Positions 1 through 8,479 of a stretch of DNA of 57,669 nucleotides are shown here, in pieces (the first letter of the stretch is position 1; each line of letters opens with the position of its first letter). Origin of the DNA: Eubacteriales bacterium. GTDB lineage: Bacteria > Bacillota > Clostridia > Oscillospirales > CAG-272. The position numbers and the translations under genes are program-made. The DNA lies in the NCBI GenBank assembly GCA_018383975.1, contig JAHAZT010000003.1, positions 1-57,669 of the forward strand, read 5' to 3'. The notes below the pieces were generated by a model that saw only the letters and a program-made list of their open reading frames with translations, did not search any database and had not been told where the DNA came from.

Positions 1-1
1 C

Positions 2-316
2 GGTGAGGGATTGTTCTTTTACAACCCTCCAACCGCTGCGCGGTTTCCGAACCCGTCTCGGCGACGCCTGCAAGCGTGCTTCGCACACTCGCAAATCCCT
101 TGTGTAAAGGGAGCTCCGCCGCAGGCGGTGAGGGATTGTTTTTACAACCCTCCAACCGCTGCGCGGTTTCCGAGCCCGTCTCGGCGACGCCTGCAAGCGT
201 GCTTCGCACACTCGCAAATCCCTTGTGTAAAGGGAGCTCCGCCGCAGGCGGTGAGGGATTGTTTTTTTACAACCCTCCAACCGCTGCGCGGTTTCCGAAC
301 CCGTCTCGGCGACGCC
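2..316. repeat. Tandem array of a 123-125 nt structured repeat (two full copies plus a 67-nt partial copy; may continue upstream of the window)
   Basis: Units start with ggtgagggattgtt at 2, 127 and 250. Copies differ only in T-run length (ttcttttac / tttttac / tttttttac) and one a/g change (51 vs 174). The third copy ends after ggcgacgcc at 316. Each unit holds several short hairpins: gagggattg..caaccctc, aaccgc-tgc-gcggtt, tccctt-gtgta-aaggga, ccgcc-gca-ggcgg. Confidence 0.9.
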
Positions 317-382
317 TTTATAATCAATCTGCGGCTCCGCCGCACCGCTTCTCTTCGATTTTCTCTCTTATCTCTTCTCTCC

Positions 383-410
383 AAAAAACTCCCCCGCTTG
401 CGCGGGGGAA
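383..410 (-). terminator. Intrinsic terminator of the DUF3794/LysM gene
   Basis: 8-bp GC stem tcccccgc/gcggggga (390-409) with loop ttgc. The A-run at 383-388 is a U-run on the minus strand. It lies 5 nt past the stop codon. Confidence 0.8.
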
Positions 411-414
411 TTTT

Positions 415-1995
415 TCATATTATTTTTGTATAAATCGGGGTTTTTGCCTTGCGTGACGGTATCATAAGCACGCCTTCGGGACTTTCCGAAATTCCGTTTA
501 TCTGCGACAGCTCCGCTTCCGTAGTGCCGTATTTTTTGGCTATATCCCATAAGGTTTCGTCCTTCGACGGATAATAAAGCGTGATTTTCGCGCCGTCATC
601 GGTTTTTCTCGGCTTGTCACGACAAAGCGAAAGCACTGAAACAACCTCCGATTTTTTATTTGCAAACGTGATATAATTTATCATAATCTCCATATCGGCG
701 CAGAGTTTTCCGTCCGAAGTTCTGCCCTTTATATCTATAACGGCGGCGTTTGCATAAAAATCAAAATCATCGGGAGTCATACCCGCGTCGGTTTCCGCGC
801 GGAACGGCGAAGAAAACGTCTTGCCCATATAAACTCCGCCTCCGGAAAGAATTGCATAAACGTTGACGTTACCCGTAAAAATCAGCTTACCGCCCGACTT
901 TTCCGCTCCCGTAACGGTTGCGTCCGCTCTTATCGCCATAACGTTTGTCAACTCTCCGTCGGGAAGCTCCGCGCACGCGGCGGACGAAAAATTGAAGCTT
1001 TTTGCGCAGGCGCAGGAACGGTACGGAATGGTTTTCATTTCGCTTTCGCCCTCGTATTCCGTCGAATACATATCCGTCGTTATTTCGCTGCGGACGTTTT
1101 TATAGGCATCAAAATATGCGGAATAGGAAAAGTCGATTTCTATTGTGCGGTCCTCGCCCGTCTCGTCCGCCGCCTTGCGGAATTCCGTATTTGTAATGCA
1201 TATATTTCCCGCGACAAGGCAGCCCTCCGTCACGCCGTCGGCAATTGCTTCCCCCGAAATAAAAATTTTGCGGACAATCGAAACATACGTTTTCGGAGCG
1301 GCGGGGTCGTCGTTTGCCGCGCTGTAAATAATGTTTGCAATGACGTTACCCTTGTAATTTATAACGCCGTCGCCCGCCTTCATCTCTGAGAGATACGGTT
1401 CAAGATAAACGCTGACGACCTCCTCTGCCGCCGGAAGCGGAGCGGCAAGGGAAATATCCTCGCTTACGGAGACGTCGGCGTCCTGCGCCTCAATTCCGAA
1501 GCAGCAATCTATATTTTCCGTTCTGCACATAATCCCGTCGCCGCCGCCCGCAACTCCCGTGACGGCGGGAGAGGCGCAATTCAGGCAGTTTATAGTGACG
1601 GTCACGGCGATTTTTGCTTTTGCCGTCAGTTTTCTGGGGTTTTGCAGACGAACGGTGACCGAGTCCAGCTCGGTATCGGCGTCGACGGAGCAGTCTCCGG
1701 AAAAATCGCCTATTGTAACGCTGCCGCTGTAATCCGATGAAAAGTCCGCGGCTTTGATTATCCCGTCAGCCGTGGAATAAATGACGGAAAACGTCACCGA
1801 GCCGTCATATTCAAGCGACGAGCCGTTTATATATTTTCCCGCGCGGCAAACTCCCGCATCTGCACGCAGAATTCTGCTGACGTCCGGAAGATAATCCGGC
1901 AGATTATATTCCGCGCTCACTTCCTTTATCACGGTATCCTCAAAGGTTTTTATCACGACGCAGTTTTTTGCGCCGTCATCTGTGTAACTGAACAT
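415..1995 (-). CDS. DUF3794-type repeat protein with C-terminal LysM domain (SipL/SpoVID-like spore coat morphogenetic protein candidate)
   Basis: 526 aa. The N-terminal EYNLPDYLPDVSRILRADAGV is typical of DUF3794. The C-terminal ITLYYPSKDETLWDIAKKYGTTEAELSQINGI is a LysM motif. The gene sits next to sigK. Confidence 0.6.
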   Translation of the reverse strand: MFSYTDDGAKNCVVIKTFEDTVIKEVSAEYNLPDYLPDVSRILRADAGVCRAGKYINGSSLEYDGSVTFSVIYSTADGIIKAADFSSDYSGSVTIGDFSGDCSVDADTELDSVTVRLQNPRKLTAKAKIAVTVTINCLNCASPAVTGVAGGGDGIMCRTENIDCCFGIEAQDADVSVSEDISLAAPLPAAEEVVSVYLEPYLSEMKAGDGVINYKGNVIANIIYSAANDDPAAPKTYVSIVRKIFISGEAIADGVTEGCLVAGNICITNTEFRKAADETGEDRTIEIDFSYSAYFDAYKNVRSEITTDMYSTEYEGESEMKTIPYRSCACAKSFNFSSAACAELPDGELTNVMAIRADATVTGAEKSGGKLIFTGNVNVYAILSGGGVYMGKTFSSPFRAETDAGMTPDDFDFYANAAVIDIKGRTSDGKLCADMEIMINYITFANKKSEVVSVLSLCRDKPRKTDDGAKITLYYPSKDETLWDIAKKYGTTEAELSQINGISESPEGVLMIPSRKAKTPIYTKII

Positions 1996-2100
1996 AAATA
2001 TGTAACCTCTTTCCCGACGGTTTGTTCTGTGATATCCGGCTTTTGTCGCCGCCGACGCAAAAGCCTTCTTTGTCCGATAAAAAATATATTCGGCTGTCCT

Positions 2101-2793
2101 TCAGAATATGCCGGACGAAAGATATACGCTCATTTTTTTCAGAGCGGATTTTTCAATTCTCGAAACATACGAGCGTGATATTCCCAGTTTTTCCGCAACC
2201 TCGCGCTGTGTTATCGCGCGCGAGCCGGAAAGCCCGTAGCGCAGCACGATTATTTCCCGCTCCCGTTCGTCAAGCACCGTCAGTATTGCTTTTTTGGCTT
2301 TCGACGTTTTTATTTTACTGTCTATATCGTCCGCGATTGTGTCCTCCGTGCTGATGACGTCGATATACGTCAGCGGGTTGCCGTCCTTATCCGTATCAAT
2401 CGGGTCGCTTATGCTGACCTCGCACGCGAGCTTTTTCTGTGACCGGAAATGCATAAGTATCTCATTTTGCAGGCATTTGCTTGCGTAGGTTGCAAATCGT
2501 GTGCCGTTGCGACTGTCAAATGAGTCAATCGCCTTTATCAGCCCGATTGTGCCGATTGAAATAAGGTCGTCCTGATTTTTGGACATGGAATAATACTTTT
2601 TCACGATATGCGCCACAAGTCGCAGGTTATGCTCTATCAGCTTTCCCCTTGCCGCCATATCGCCGGAACGCATTTTTTCAAAGCATTCCTTTTCCTCCTT
2701 CGGCGAAAGCGGCGGAGGAAAGCTCTGCGAATATGAAATTTTGAGAAAAAGATAAAGAAAATTCGACATAAGTGCCGAAAATATGCCCATCAT
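2101..2793 (-). CDS. sigK: Sporulation sigma factor K, pro-form, uninterrupted
   Basis: 230 aa. A hydrophobic pro-peptide is followed by YSQSFPPPLSPKEE, and LIEHNLRLVAHIVKKY and DLISIGTIGLIKAIDSF match B. subtilis SigK (YVKNNAFPQPL, LIEHNLRLVAHIVKKF). The region 4 motif ISRSYVSRIEKSAL is present. No spoIIGA lies upstream, so sigE is unlikely. Confidence 0.8.
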   Translation of the reverse strand: MMGIFSALMSNFLYLFLKISYSQSFPPPLSPKEEKECFEKMRSGDMAARGKLIEHNLRLVAHIVKKYYSMSKNQDDLISIGTIGLIKAIDSFDSRNGTRFATYASKCLQNEILMHFRSQKKLACEVSISDPIDTDKDGNPLTYIDVISTEDTIADDIDSKIKTSKAKKAILTVLDEREREIIVLRYGLSGSRAITQREVAEKLGISRSYVSRIEKSALKKMSVYLSSGIF

Positions 2794-2868
2794 TTTATAT
2801 AAAATGCCTCCGTTTCGGGTGATTTGTAAAATTATATTCCGCAGGGCAAGTACTTTTTCGTAATCCTC

Positions 2869-2897
2869 TTGCGATTTTTCAATTTATAGTGTATAAT
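2869..2897 (+). promoter_or_regulatory. Sigma-A type promoter for the DUF2500-ppx-thrE unit
   Basis: TTGCGA (2869-2874), 17-nt spacer, TATAAT (2892-2897) with an upstream TG (extended -10). It lies 30 nt upstream of the 2928 start. Confidence 0.6.
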
Positions 2898-2927
2898 CAA
2901 AGAGCAATACTTTTCCGGAGGTTTGAA

Positions 2928-3248
2928 ATGAACTTCACTTTGGGCGCGATACTCATGTTTTCCTCTTTTGCCGTTCTGATAATCATTATGGCGGTGACGA
3001 TTTCGCGCGCGGCGGGATTTTCGCGGAAGAACATGTCCCTGCCAAGAATATCGGCGCCTGCAAAGCTCGTATCGAAGAGGACGTTTTCCATGTCGAAGGA
3101 CGGAAAATCCTTTTTTATGACCTTTGAATTCAAAACGGGAGACAGGGCGGAATACCGCGTATCAAGCGATGCCTACCTCTATTTTGCCGAGGGCGACGAG
3201 GGCACGTTAACCGTGAAAGGAACGGAGTTTATTTCTTTTGTGATATGA
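2928..3248 (+). CDS. Small membrane-anchored DUF2500-like protein
   Basis: ATG at 2928 is preceded by GGAGGT (2917-2922); the ORF-track start at 2889 lies inside the promoter. There is an N-terminal TM helix (LGAILMFSSFAVLIIIMAV). The C-terminal FEFKTGDRAEYRVSSDAYLYFAEGDEGTLTVKGTEFISF resembles DUF2500. Confidence 0.5.
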   Translation: MNFTLGAILMFSSFAVLIIIMAVTISRAAGFSRKNMSLPRISAPAKLVSKRTFSMSKDGKSFFMTFEFKTGDRAEYRVSSDAYLYFAEGDEGTLTVKGTEFISFVI

Positions 3249-4195
3249 ATGACAGATTTTCAGAGTCCACCGAAAAAATTGCGGTGGTTGATATCGGCGC
3301 AAACAGCGTCAGAATGAATGTATATGATATAAATACCGAAACGGGCAGATTTTCCGTTTGCGACTCCGCGCGCAGCATGCTCGGACTTGCGGCATATTCC
3401 GTCGACGGCAGACTTTCATCCGACGGCGAGGGCAGGCTCTTTGCCGTACTGCGCGAATATCTTGCGCGGGCGAATTCCGTTCCCACCGACGCATTTTTCG
3501 CCTTTGCGACGGCAAGTCTGCGCGGACTTTCAAATACGGATAAGGTTCTTGCCTCTATAAAAAGACGACTCGGAATAGAGGTTGCCGTAATATCGGGCGA
3601 GGAGGAGGCGGAGCTTGACTTTTTTGCAACTCTGGGACGCTTCGGCTCCGATATCGCAAGCAAGGGAATAACGGTTGATATGGGCGGAGGCAGCACGGAA
3701 ATAGTCGGCTTTGAAAACGGCAGAAAAACGTGCGGACACAGCTTCCGTATAGGCTGTCTTGCGGTTTCCAAAAGATTTGTCAAAAACCCGCTTGCCATAA
3801 CGGCAAGCGAACTTTCCGATATCAAAAATTACGCTTTGTCCGAGCTTTCAACTCACCCCGAATTTGAAAACATCGGCGGAACGGCATATCTCATAGGCGG
3901 AACGGCAAGAGCGGCGGCAAAAATATTTATGGGCGTCCGCTCCGGGCTTTCCTCTCTTGACGGCTTTGAAATGACGGCAGATGACCTGTTTTCCGTCCGT
4001 GATACGGTTCTTTCCGACGGCGGAGCGGCAATAAAAAAATATTCTCCGGACAGAACGGCAACCGTCGCGCCGGGGGTATGCGCTCTTTGCGAAGCAATAC
4101 GCTATTGCGGCGCCGAAAGGCTCATTATCAGCGGAGCGGGCGTGCGCGAGGGGTTCGTAGCAAAAATTATAGAAGAAAGAAAAAACGCAAAATAA
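3245..4195 (+). CDS. Ppx/GppA family phosphatase (exopolyphosphatase-like)
   Basis: 316 aa. The N-terminal VVDIGANSVRMNVYD is the sugar-kinase/Ppx fold motif, and VDMGGGSTEI is the second phosphate motif. ATGA overlap with the upstream stop. Confidence 0.75.
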   Translation: MNDRFSESTEKIAVVDIGANSVRMNVYDINTETGRFSVCDSARSMLGLAAYSVDGRLSSDGEGRLFAVLREYLARANSVPTDAFFAFATASLRGLSNTDKVLASIKRRLGIEVAVISGEEEAELDFFATLGRFGSDIASKGITVDMGGGSTEIVGFENGRKTCGHSFRIGCLAVSKRFVKNPLAITASELSDIKNYALSELSTHPEFENIGGTAYLIGGTARAAAKIFMGVRSGLSSLDGFEMTADDLFSVRDTVLSDGGAAIKKYSPDRTATVAPGVCALCEAIRYCGAERLIISGAGVREGFVAKIIEERKNAK

Positions 4196-4207
4196 ATCGG
4201 AGGAGTT

Positions 4208-5482
4208 ATGGAGGAGTCGTTTTATTATCGGGAGCTTGTCGATATGGCGATACTTGCCGGGCAGATAATGATAAGCGCAGGCGCCGAGACCCATCGCGTT
4301 GAGGATACCATATCGAGAATACTTCAGACAACGGGCTTTTCGCAGGCTGACGCCTTCGTCTTGCCGACGGGAATAACAGTCACCCTTTCGGATGAGAAAA
4401 AGGAAACCCTTTCCGTCACAAGAAGGATAATGCCCGGGTCAAACAATCTTTCGAGAATATACCTTGTAAACAACGTTTCCCGCGATTTTTGCAGCGGAAA
4501 AATTACGCTGGACGATGCAAAAGCAAGGCTGGAAAAAATCAAAAACGAACATATTTACGGCAGATTTGTGAAAATAATCGGCGTTATGCTGACGATGGGA
4601 ATGTTTTCATTGCTTTTCGGAGGCTCGCTTCTTGACGCCGCCGTCGCGCTCGTCGCAGGATTTGCCATGGCGCTTGAAAACTATTATCTGAGAAAATTCA
4701 TAGGAATGGATTTTCTCTGCGACGCTCTCTGCGCCGCGACGATAACCGTCGTTTCGCTTCTGTTCGTTTACGGAGCGATGAAATCTGGGACAGAGCTTCA
4801 TCTGCAATATATAATCGTCGGCGGAATAATGCCGCTCGTGCCGGGCGTTGCGATAACAAACGCCGTGCGCGACGTGCTGAAAGGCGATTTTATCTCCGCT
4901 TGTGCCAGAATGGTTGAAGCATTTATGATAGCGGCTGCGGTTGCCGTCGGCGTCGGCGCGGGAATATTTTTCGGCCGGCAGGTCGGCTTTGCGCCGGAAG
5001 CGATAGGCTTTATAACGAATATCACAAGAAGCGGTTTTGTCGGCTATGCCGTAGGCTTTCTGGCGGCGGCAGGGTCGATTATCGGCTTTTCGTTTATACT
5101 CGAAGTGCCGAAAAAATTTGTTTTTGCCTCGGCAATAACGGCGGCTTTCGGCTGGACGGCATACCTTTTGGGATTTTATAACGGCATGGGCGACGTGTGG
5201 GCATCGTTCCTCGGCGCAATGCTTGCGGAGTTGCTTTCGTATATTTTCGCAAGGGTGCTCAAAGCTCCGGAAACGATTTTTCTCATCTGCGGCATAATTC
5301 CGATGGTGCCCGGAGCAGGTATTTACAGAGCCGTCTATTATCTCATCAGCGGCGACCCGCTTGCGGCGTCCGCTCTCACCTCAACCCTTATGATTGCGGG
5401 AGCGATCGCGCTCGGACTGATAACAATGTATACCGTGCTCGACATGCTCCGCAAGGGAATAATGAAGGCAAGAAAAAAATAA
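4208..5482 (+). CDS. Threonine/serine exporter family (ThrE; fused DUF1212 + DUF3815) membrane protein
   Basis: 424 aa. ILAGQIMISAGAETHRVEDTISRIL is typical of ThrE/YjjP. About 10 hydrophobic segments. Confidence 0.7.
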   Translation: MEESFYYRELVDMAILAGQIMISAGAETHRVEDTISRILQTTGFSQADAFVLPTGITVTLSDEKKETLSVTRRIMPGSNNLSRIYLVNNVSRDFCSGKITLDDAKARLEKIKNEHIYGRFVKIIGVMLTMGMFSLLFGGSLLDAAVALVAGFAMALENYYLRKFIGMDFLCDALCAATITVVSLLFVYGAMKSGTELHLQYIIVGGIMPLVPGVAITNAVRDVLKGDFISACARMVEAFMIAAAVAVGVGAGIFFGRQVGFAPEAIGFITNITRSGFVGYAVGFLAAAGSIIGFSFILEVPKKFVFASAITAAFGWTAYLLGFYNGMGDVWASFLGAMLAELLSYIFARVLKAPETIFLICGIIPMVPGAGIYRAVYYLISGDPLAASALTSTLMIAGAIALGLITMYTVLDMLRKGIMKARKK

Positions 5483-5490
5483 CGCAAAAG

Positions 5491-5522
5491 CAAAAAGTCC
5501 CGATAAATCGGGGCTTTTTATT
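5491..5522. terminator. Bidirectional intrinsic terminator (thrE-like / spoIIID)
   Basis: Stem agtcccga/tcggggct with loop taaa, flanked by an A-run and a T-run, between convergent genes. Confidence 0.75.
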
Positions 5523-5523
5523 T

Positions 5524-5808
5524 TTATACTTTTGTATATTCTTCTTTTGCCTTCTCTTTTTTCAGCTCGGAATATTTGCGTTTTGTCGCCTCTCCTCCGC
5601 GCATATGCCTTTCGGATTTGTTCCTTTCAAGCACCTCCTTGACCCTTGCCGCAAGCACCGGAGCAAAGACGGCGAGCCTTTCTGTGACATCCTTATGCAC
5701 GGTCGATTTGCTTACCCTGTAAACCCTTGCCGTCTCACGAACGGTTGCGTTGTTTTCCGCTATGTATTCGCCGAGCACGGTGGCGCGTTTCATTGCAACA
5801 TCTTTCAA
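5524..5808 (-). CDS. spoIIID: Sporulation transcriptional regulator SpoIIID
   Basis: VSKSTVHKDVTERL and HMRGGEATK match B. subtilis SpoIIID. I prefer the TTG start at 5808 (GGAGG 7 nt upstream), which gives about 94 aa as in B. subtilis. An ATG at 5793 is the alternative. The ORF-track start at 5880 is upstream of the SD. Confidence 0.8.
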   Translation of the reverse strand: MKDVAMKRATVLGEYIAENNATVRETARVYRVSKSTVHKDVTERLAVFAPVLAARVKEVLERNKSERHMRGGEATKRKYSELKKEKAKEEYTKV

Positions 5809-5860
5809 AATGACGCCTCCCACATATTTTTTCTTGATAGATATATATGAAAGCGCGCGC

Positions 5861-5895
5861 AAAAAAATTCCCCCTCGCACCTGCGGGGAGGAATT
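5861..5895 (-). terminator. Intrinsic terminator after M6 protease paralog 1
   Basis: Imperfect 12-bp GC-rich stem (attccccctcgc / gcggggaggaat) followed on the minus strand by a U-run (A-run 5861-5867). Confidence 0.7.
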
Positions 5896-5900
5896 TTTAT

Positions 5901-8330
5901 TTATTCGGTTTTCTTCTTTCTGATTACCGCCGGAAGCACGCCGGCAGCAACCGCCACGACGACAAGCACTATAACTATGACATACGTCGGAACGGTAACG
6001 TTTTTTGAAGGAACGGGGGTCGTCCCGGTCGACGAGGTTTCAACCGGCTGTACGGAGGTCGTCTCAACCGGCTTGTCGGACGCCGTTGTCACGACGTTCC
6101 CGTTTGCGTCTTCCCATTTGGCATACAGCGTGATTTCCTCCGCAGAGTCAACCTCCTTTGTGAAATCGAACGGGGACGTCAGCTCCGCATCCTCATACCA
6201 GCCGATGAACGTCAGCCCTTCCCTTTCCTTCGGAACGGGAATTACAAGCTTATCGCCGACCTCGCACGCAAAGAGCAGGTATTTCGATTCCGCTCCGACG
6301 AGCTTCAGCCTTGCCGCCTTGCCCGTTTCAACCCATTTTGCGTAAAGCGGGAAATCCTCGCATACCGTCTGCGTAAAGCCCATGTCGTAACGGGTTGTGA
6401 GTTCGGGATCGAGATACCATCCGCAGAAGTCAAATCCCTTTTTCTGGTCTTCCATGGGGAACGAATATTTCAGCAATTCGCCGGGCTTGACCTTAACTCC
6501 GTATCTTCTGTCAACGGCGGTGATTCCTTTGAAGAAATATACGTAATAATAGTCCGTGCGGGGCTTTTTCTCAACCTTTGTATATGCGGTATACGTTCTC
6601 TGTCTCGTGCCGTTTTTGCCCGTGACGATCACCTTGAGAAAATATTTTGTGTTCGGCTCCAGCCCGTCAATTGTGAAATCGAAATTGTCGTCGCCGTCGG
6701 GGAGCATGGTTTTTACAATGCCGTTGCTCTCGTCGGGCTTGTCGTTTTTGGACAAAATCACCTTTATTTCGGAAACGCTGTCCTTGAAATAATCCGTTAT
6801 GTGCGCCTTGACGCTTATCGACCTCGTCGCTTTTTCGCCAAAGGAAATGATGAAATCCGGAGAGAGCTTCGGCTCAAAATCGACGGTTACCGTCATTTCG
6901 TTTGCCGCATATGAGCCTTTTTTGACGGTCACCGTGAAAAAGAAGTCCGCCGACTGCGCTTTTGTCAGCGAGGTATAGCTTGCTCCGCTGATGGGAAAAC
7001 GGTATTTCGACGAGCCGGACTCAAACGTGTATTCCGAGCCGTCCATTGAATTATCCATATATCGGAAGCCGCAATTCGTCGTGCCTATTTCGTCGATGCC
7101 CATTGGCACAACGGCGGGATCGTGACCGTAGCCGTGACTGTTCGGCGACGAAAATATGCTTACGGGCGCTGCGTTTTCATCTATGTGCCATATCATAATC
7201 CCCATGCTTGTGGCGCTTATGACGTCAAACTGCGTTTCTTCGTCCTCGTGATATCTGTTTTCTATGAGATAATATTCCTTCGGATTCGGAGTGTTTATCC
7301 TTAAAATATTATATTCTCCTTTTTTGCTGTGACGGGAATAGAGCGTGTAATCGCCGCTCTTTGTAATCGTCGTCGCCGTCTGAATTCCGACGCTGATAGC
7401 GCACGCGGGGTCCATATATGAAGGCCCAGTGCCGCTCGGTCTGCCCGAAAATTTATTGTGCGAGCCGCTCGACATAAGGCTGACGTTGCTTGCGTAGTTC
7501 CATTTTGTGCCGTTCTCGTTCGTATCGTAAAGGTCGGGCGCGCCGATGAAATGTCCCAGCTCGTGAGCGAATATGCCGATTGTCTGCAAGGTGGTCGCCT
7601 TTGCGTATTCGCCGATACGCACAAAGCTCGACCCGACCTTCACCCCGTTCAGGGTGACTGGCACGCCGCCGGTATAATGACCCCAGACGCCGAAGGCGAG
7701 CTTATGAATCGGGCTTGCGGAGCTTGTCGAACATTCATATCCGCCGCAGACGAAAACTATCGCAAGCTCGTCATAGGAAAGTTTGCCGTCCTTATTTTTA
7801 TCGAATTTTGAAAAGTCGACGTGTTTTCCCGCTTCCCTGAGAGCGGCTTCGCGCGAGGAGGTGTCCTCTTCATGATCGCTTCCCGTCTTTGCCATCGGGT
7901 GCTTATGCGGAACGACAACTTCGACAATACCGTCGTTTACCGCCCCGTCCTTGCCGACATAGTTTTCCTCCGCCGGATAGAAATAAAAGCTGCCGCCGGA
8001 AACCTCCTGATAATATTTTTTAAGAGAGGTGTTGCTGTCCGCAAAGAGAATATCCGCCCAGTATTTATCGGACGAGTCGCACCATTGTTCGCCGTAATAC
8101 GGCGAGGTTTTATCATTGAAAAGGCGTTTGCTGTCGCTCTGGTCAAAATCGTTTTTGCCGTTGCCGTTTGCGTCAAAGGAGATTTTTATAACAAGCAGCG
8201 GTATCGGCGAAAGGCCTTCGGCATTCGGAGCCTCCGGTGTTTCCGCCGCGAAGGCGAAAGGCATAAAAGCAAATATGATTGCCAGCGTCAAAGCGATCAG
8301 CGCCGCACATTTTACAGCAGATTTTTTCAT
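5901..8330 (-). CDS. Secreted, membrane-anchored M6-family (InhA-like) zinc metalloprotease, paralog 1
   Basis: 809 aa. Signal peptide, HExxH in AHELGHFIGAPDLYD, and an EF-hand-like loop DKNKDGKLSYDE. Two C-terminal Listeria-Bacteroides-type repeats (FCGWY..LYAKW, FIGWY..LYAKW). A Thr/Pro-rich linker is followed by a C-terminal TM and KKK. Confidence 0.75.
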   Translation of the reverse strand: MKKSAVKCAALIALTLAIIFAFMPFAFAAETPEAPNAEGLSPIPLLVIKISFDANGNGKNDFDQSDSKRLFNDKTSPYYGEQWCDSSDKYWADILFADSNTSLKKYYQEVSGGSFYFYPAEENYVGKDGAVNDGIVEVVVPHKHPMAKTGSDHEEDTSSREAALREAGKHVDFSKFDKNKDGKLSYDELAIVFVCGGYECSTSSASPIHKLAFGVWGHYTGGVPVTLNGVKVGSSFVRIGEYAKATTLQTIGIFAHELGHFIGAPDLYDTNENGTKWNYASNVSLMSSGSHNKFSGRPSGTGPSYMDPACAISVGIQTATTITKSGDYTLYSRHSKKGEYNILRINTPNPKEYYLIENRYHEDEETQFDVISATSMGIMIWHIDENAAPVSIFSSPNSHGYGHDPAVVPMGIDEIGTTNCGFRYMDNSMDGSEYTFESGSSKYRFPISGASYTSLTKAQSADFFFTVTVKKGSYAANEMTVTVDFEPKLSPDFIISFGEKATRSISVKAHITDYFKDSVSEIKVILSKNDKPDESNGIVKTMLPDGDDNFDFTIDGLEPNTKYFLKVIVTGKNGTRQRTYTAYTKVEKKPRTDYYYVYFFKGITAVDRRYGVKVKPGELLKYSFPMEDQKKGFDFCGWYLDPELTTRYDMGFTQTVCEDFPLYAKWVETGKAARLKLVGAESKYLLFACEVGDKLVIPVPKEREGLTFIGWYEDAELTSPFDFTKEVDSAEEITLYAKWEDANGNVVTTASDKPVETTSVQPVETSSTGTTPVPSKNVTVPTYVIVIVLVVVAVAAGVLPAVIRKKKTE

Positions 8331-8442
8331 TGGGTTCCTCCGGTTTCAGGGATAATCACATTATATATCATTTTTTCCAAAATCAACGCAAGGAATATTT
8401 TTCGCCGTTTGGACAATATCTCCGCTTTGTTTTTGTGTATTA

Positions 8443-8473
8443 TTACAACCCCTCCTTTACGGAGGGGTTGTAA
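8443..8473 (-). terminator. Strong hairpin after paralog 2 (terminator-like, no clear U-tract on the minus strand)
   Basis: 13-bp perfect stem ttacaacccctcc / ggaggggttgtaa with a 5-nt loop. The stem sequence resembles the gagggattgt/acaaccctc hairpin of the 2-316 repeat. Confidence 0.55.
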
Positions 8474-8479
8474 TGACTT

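Noticed and set aside
1-456. Could the 124-nt periodic repeat be a CRISPR array? Could the ORFs 11-433, 76-456 and 142-384 be real genes?
   Set aside because: The copies are directly abutting with no unique spacers, and the unit is far longer than a CRISPR repeat. No cas genes are present. The ORFs are open only because the repeat lacks stops, and their translations are repetitive and non-protein-like.
2101-2793. Checked whether the sigma factor is sigE/sigG, or a sigK split by a skin element.
   Set aside because: LIEHNLRLVAHIVKK and the pro-peptide junction match SigK. No spoIIGA is upstream. Regions 2 to 4 are contiguous in one ORF, so there is no intervening element.
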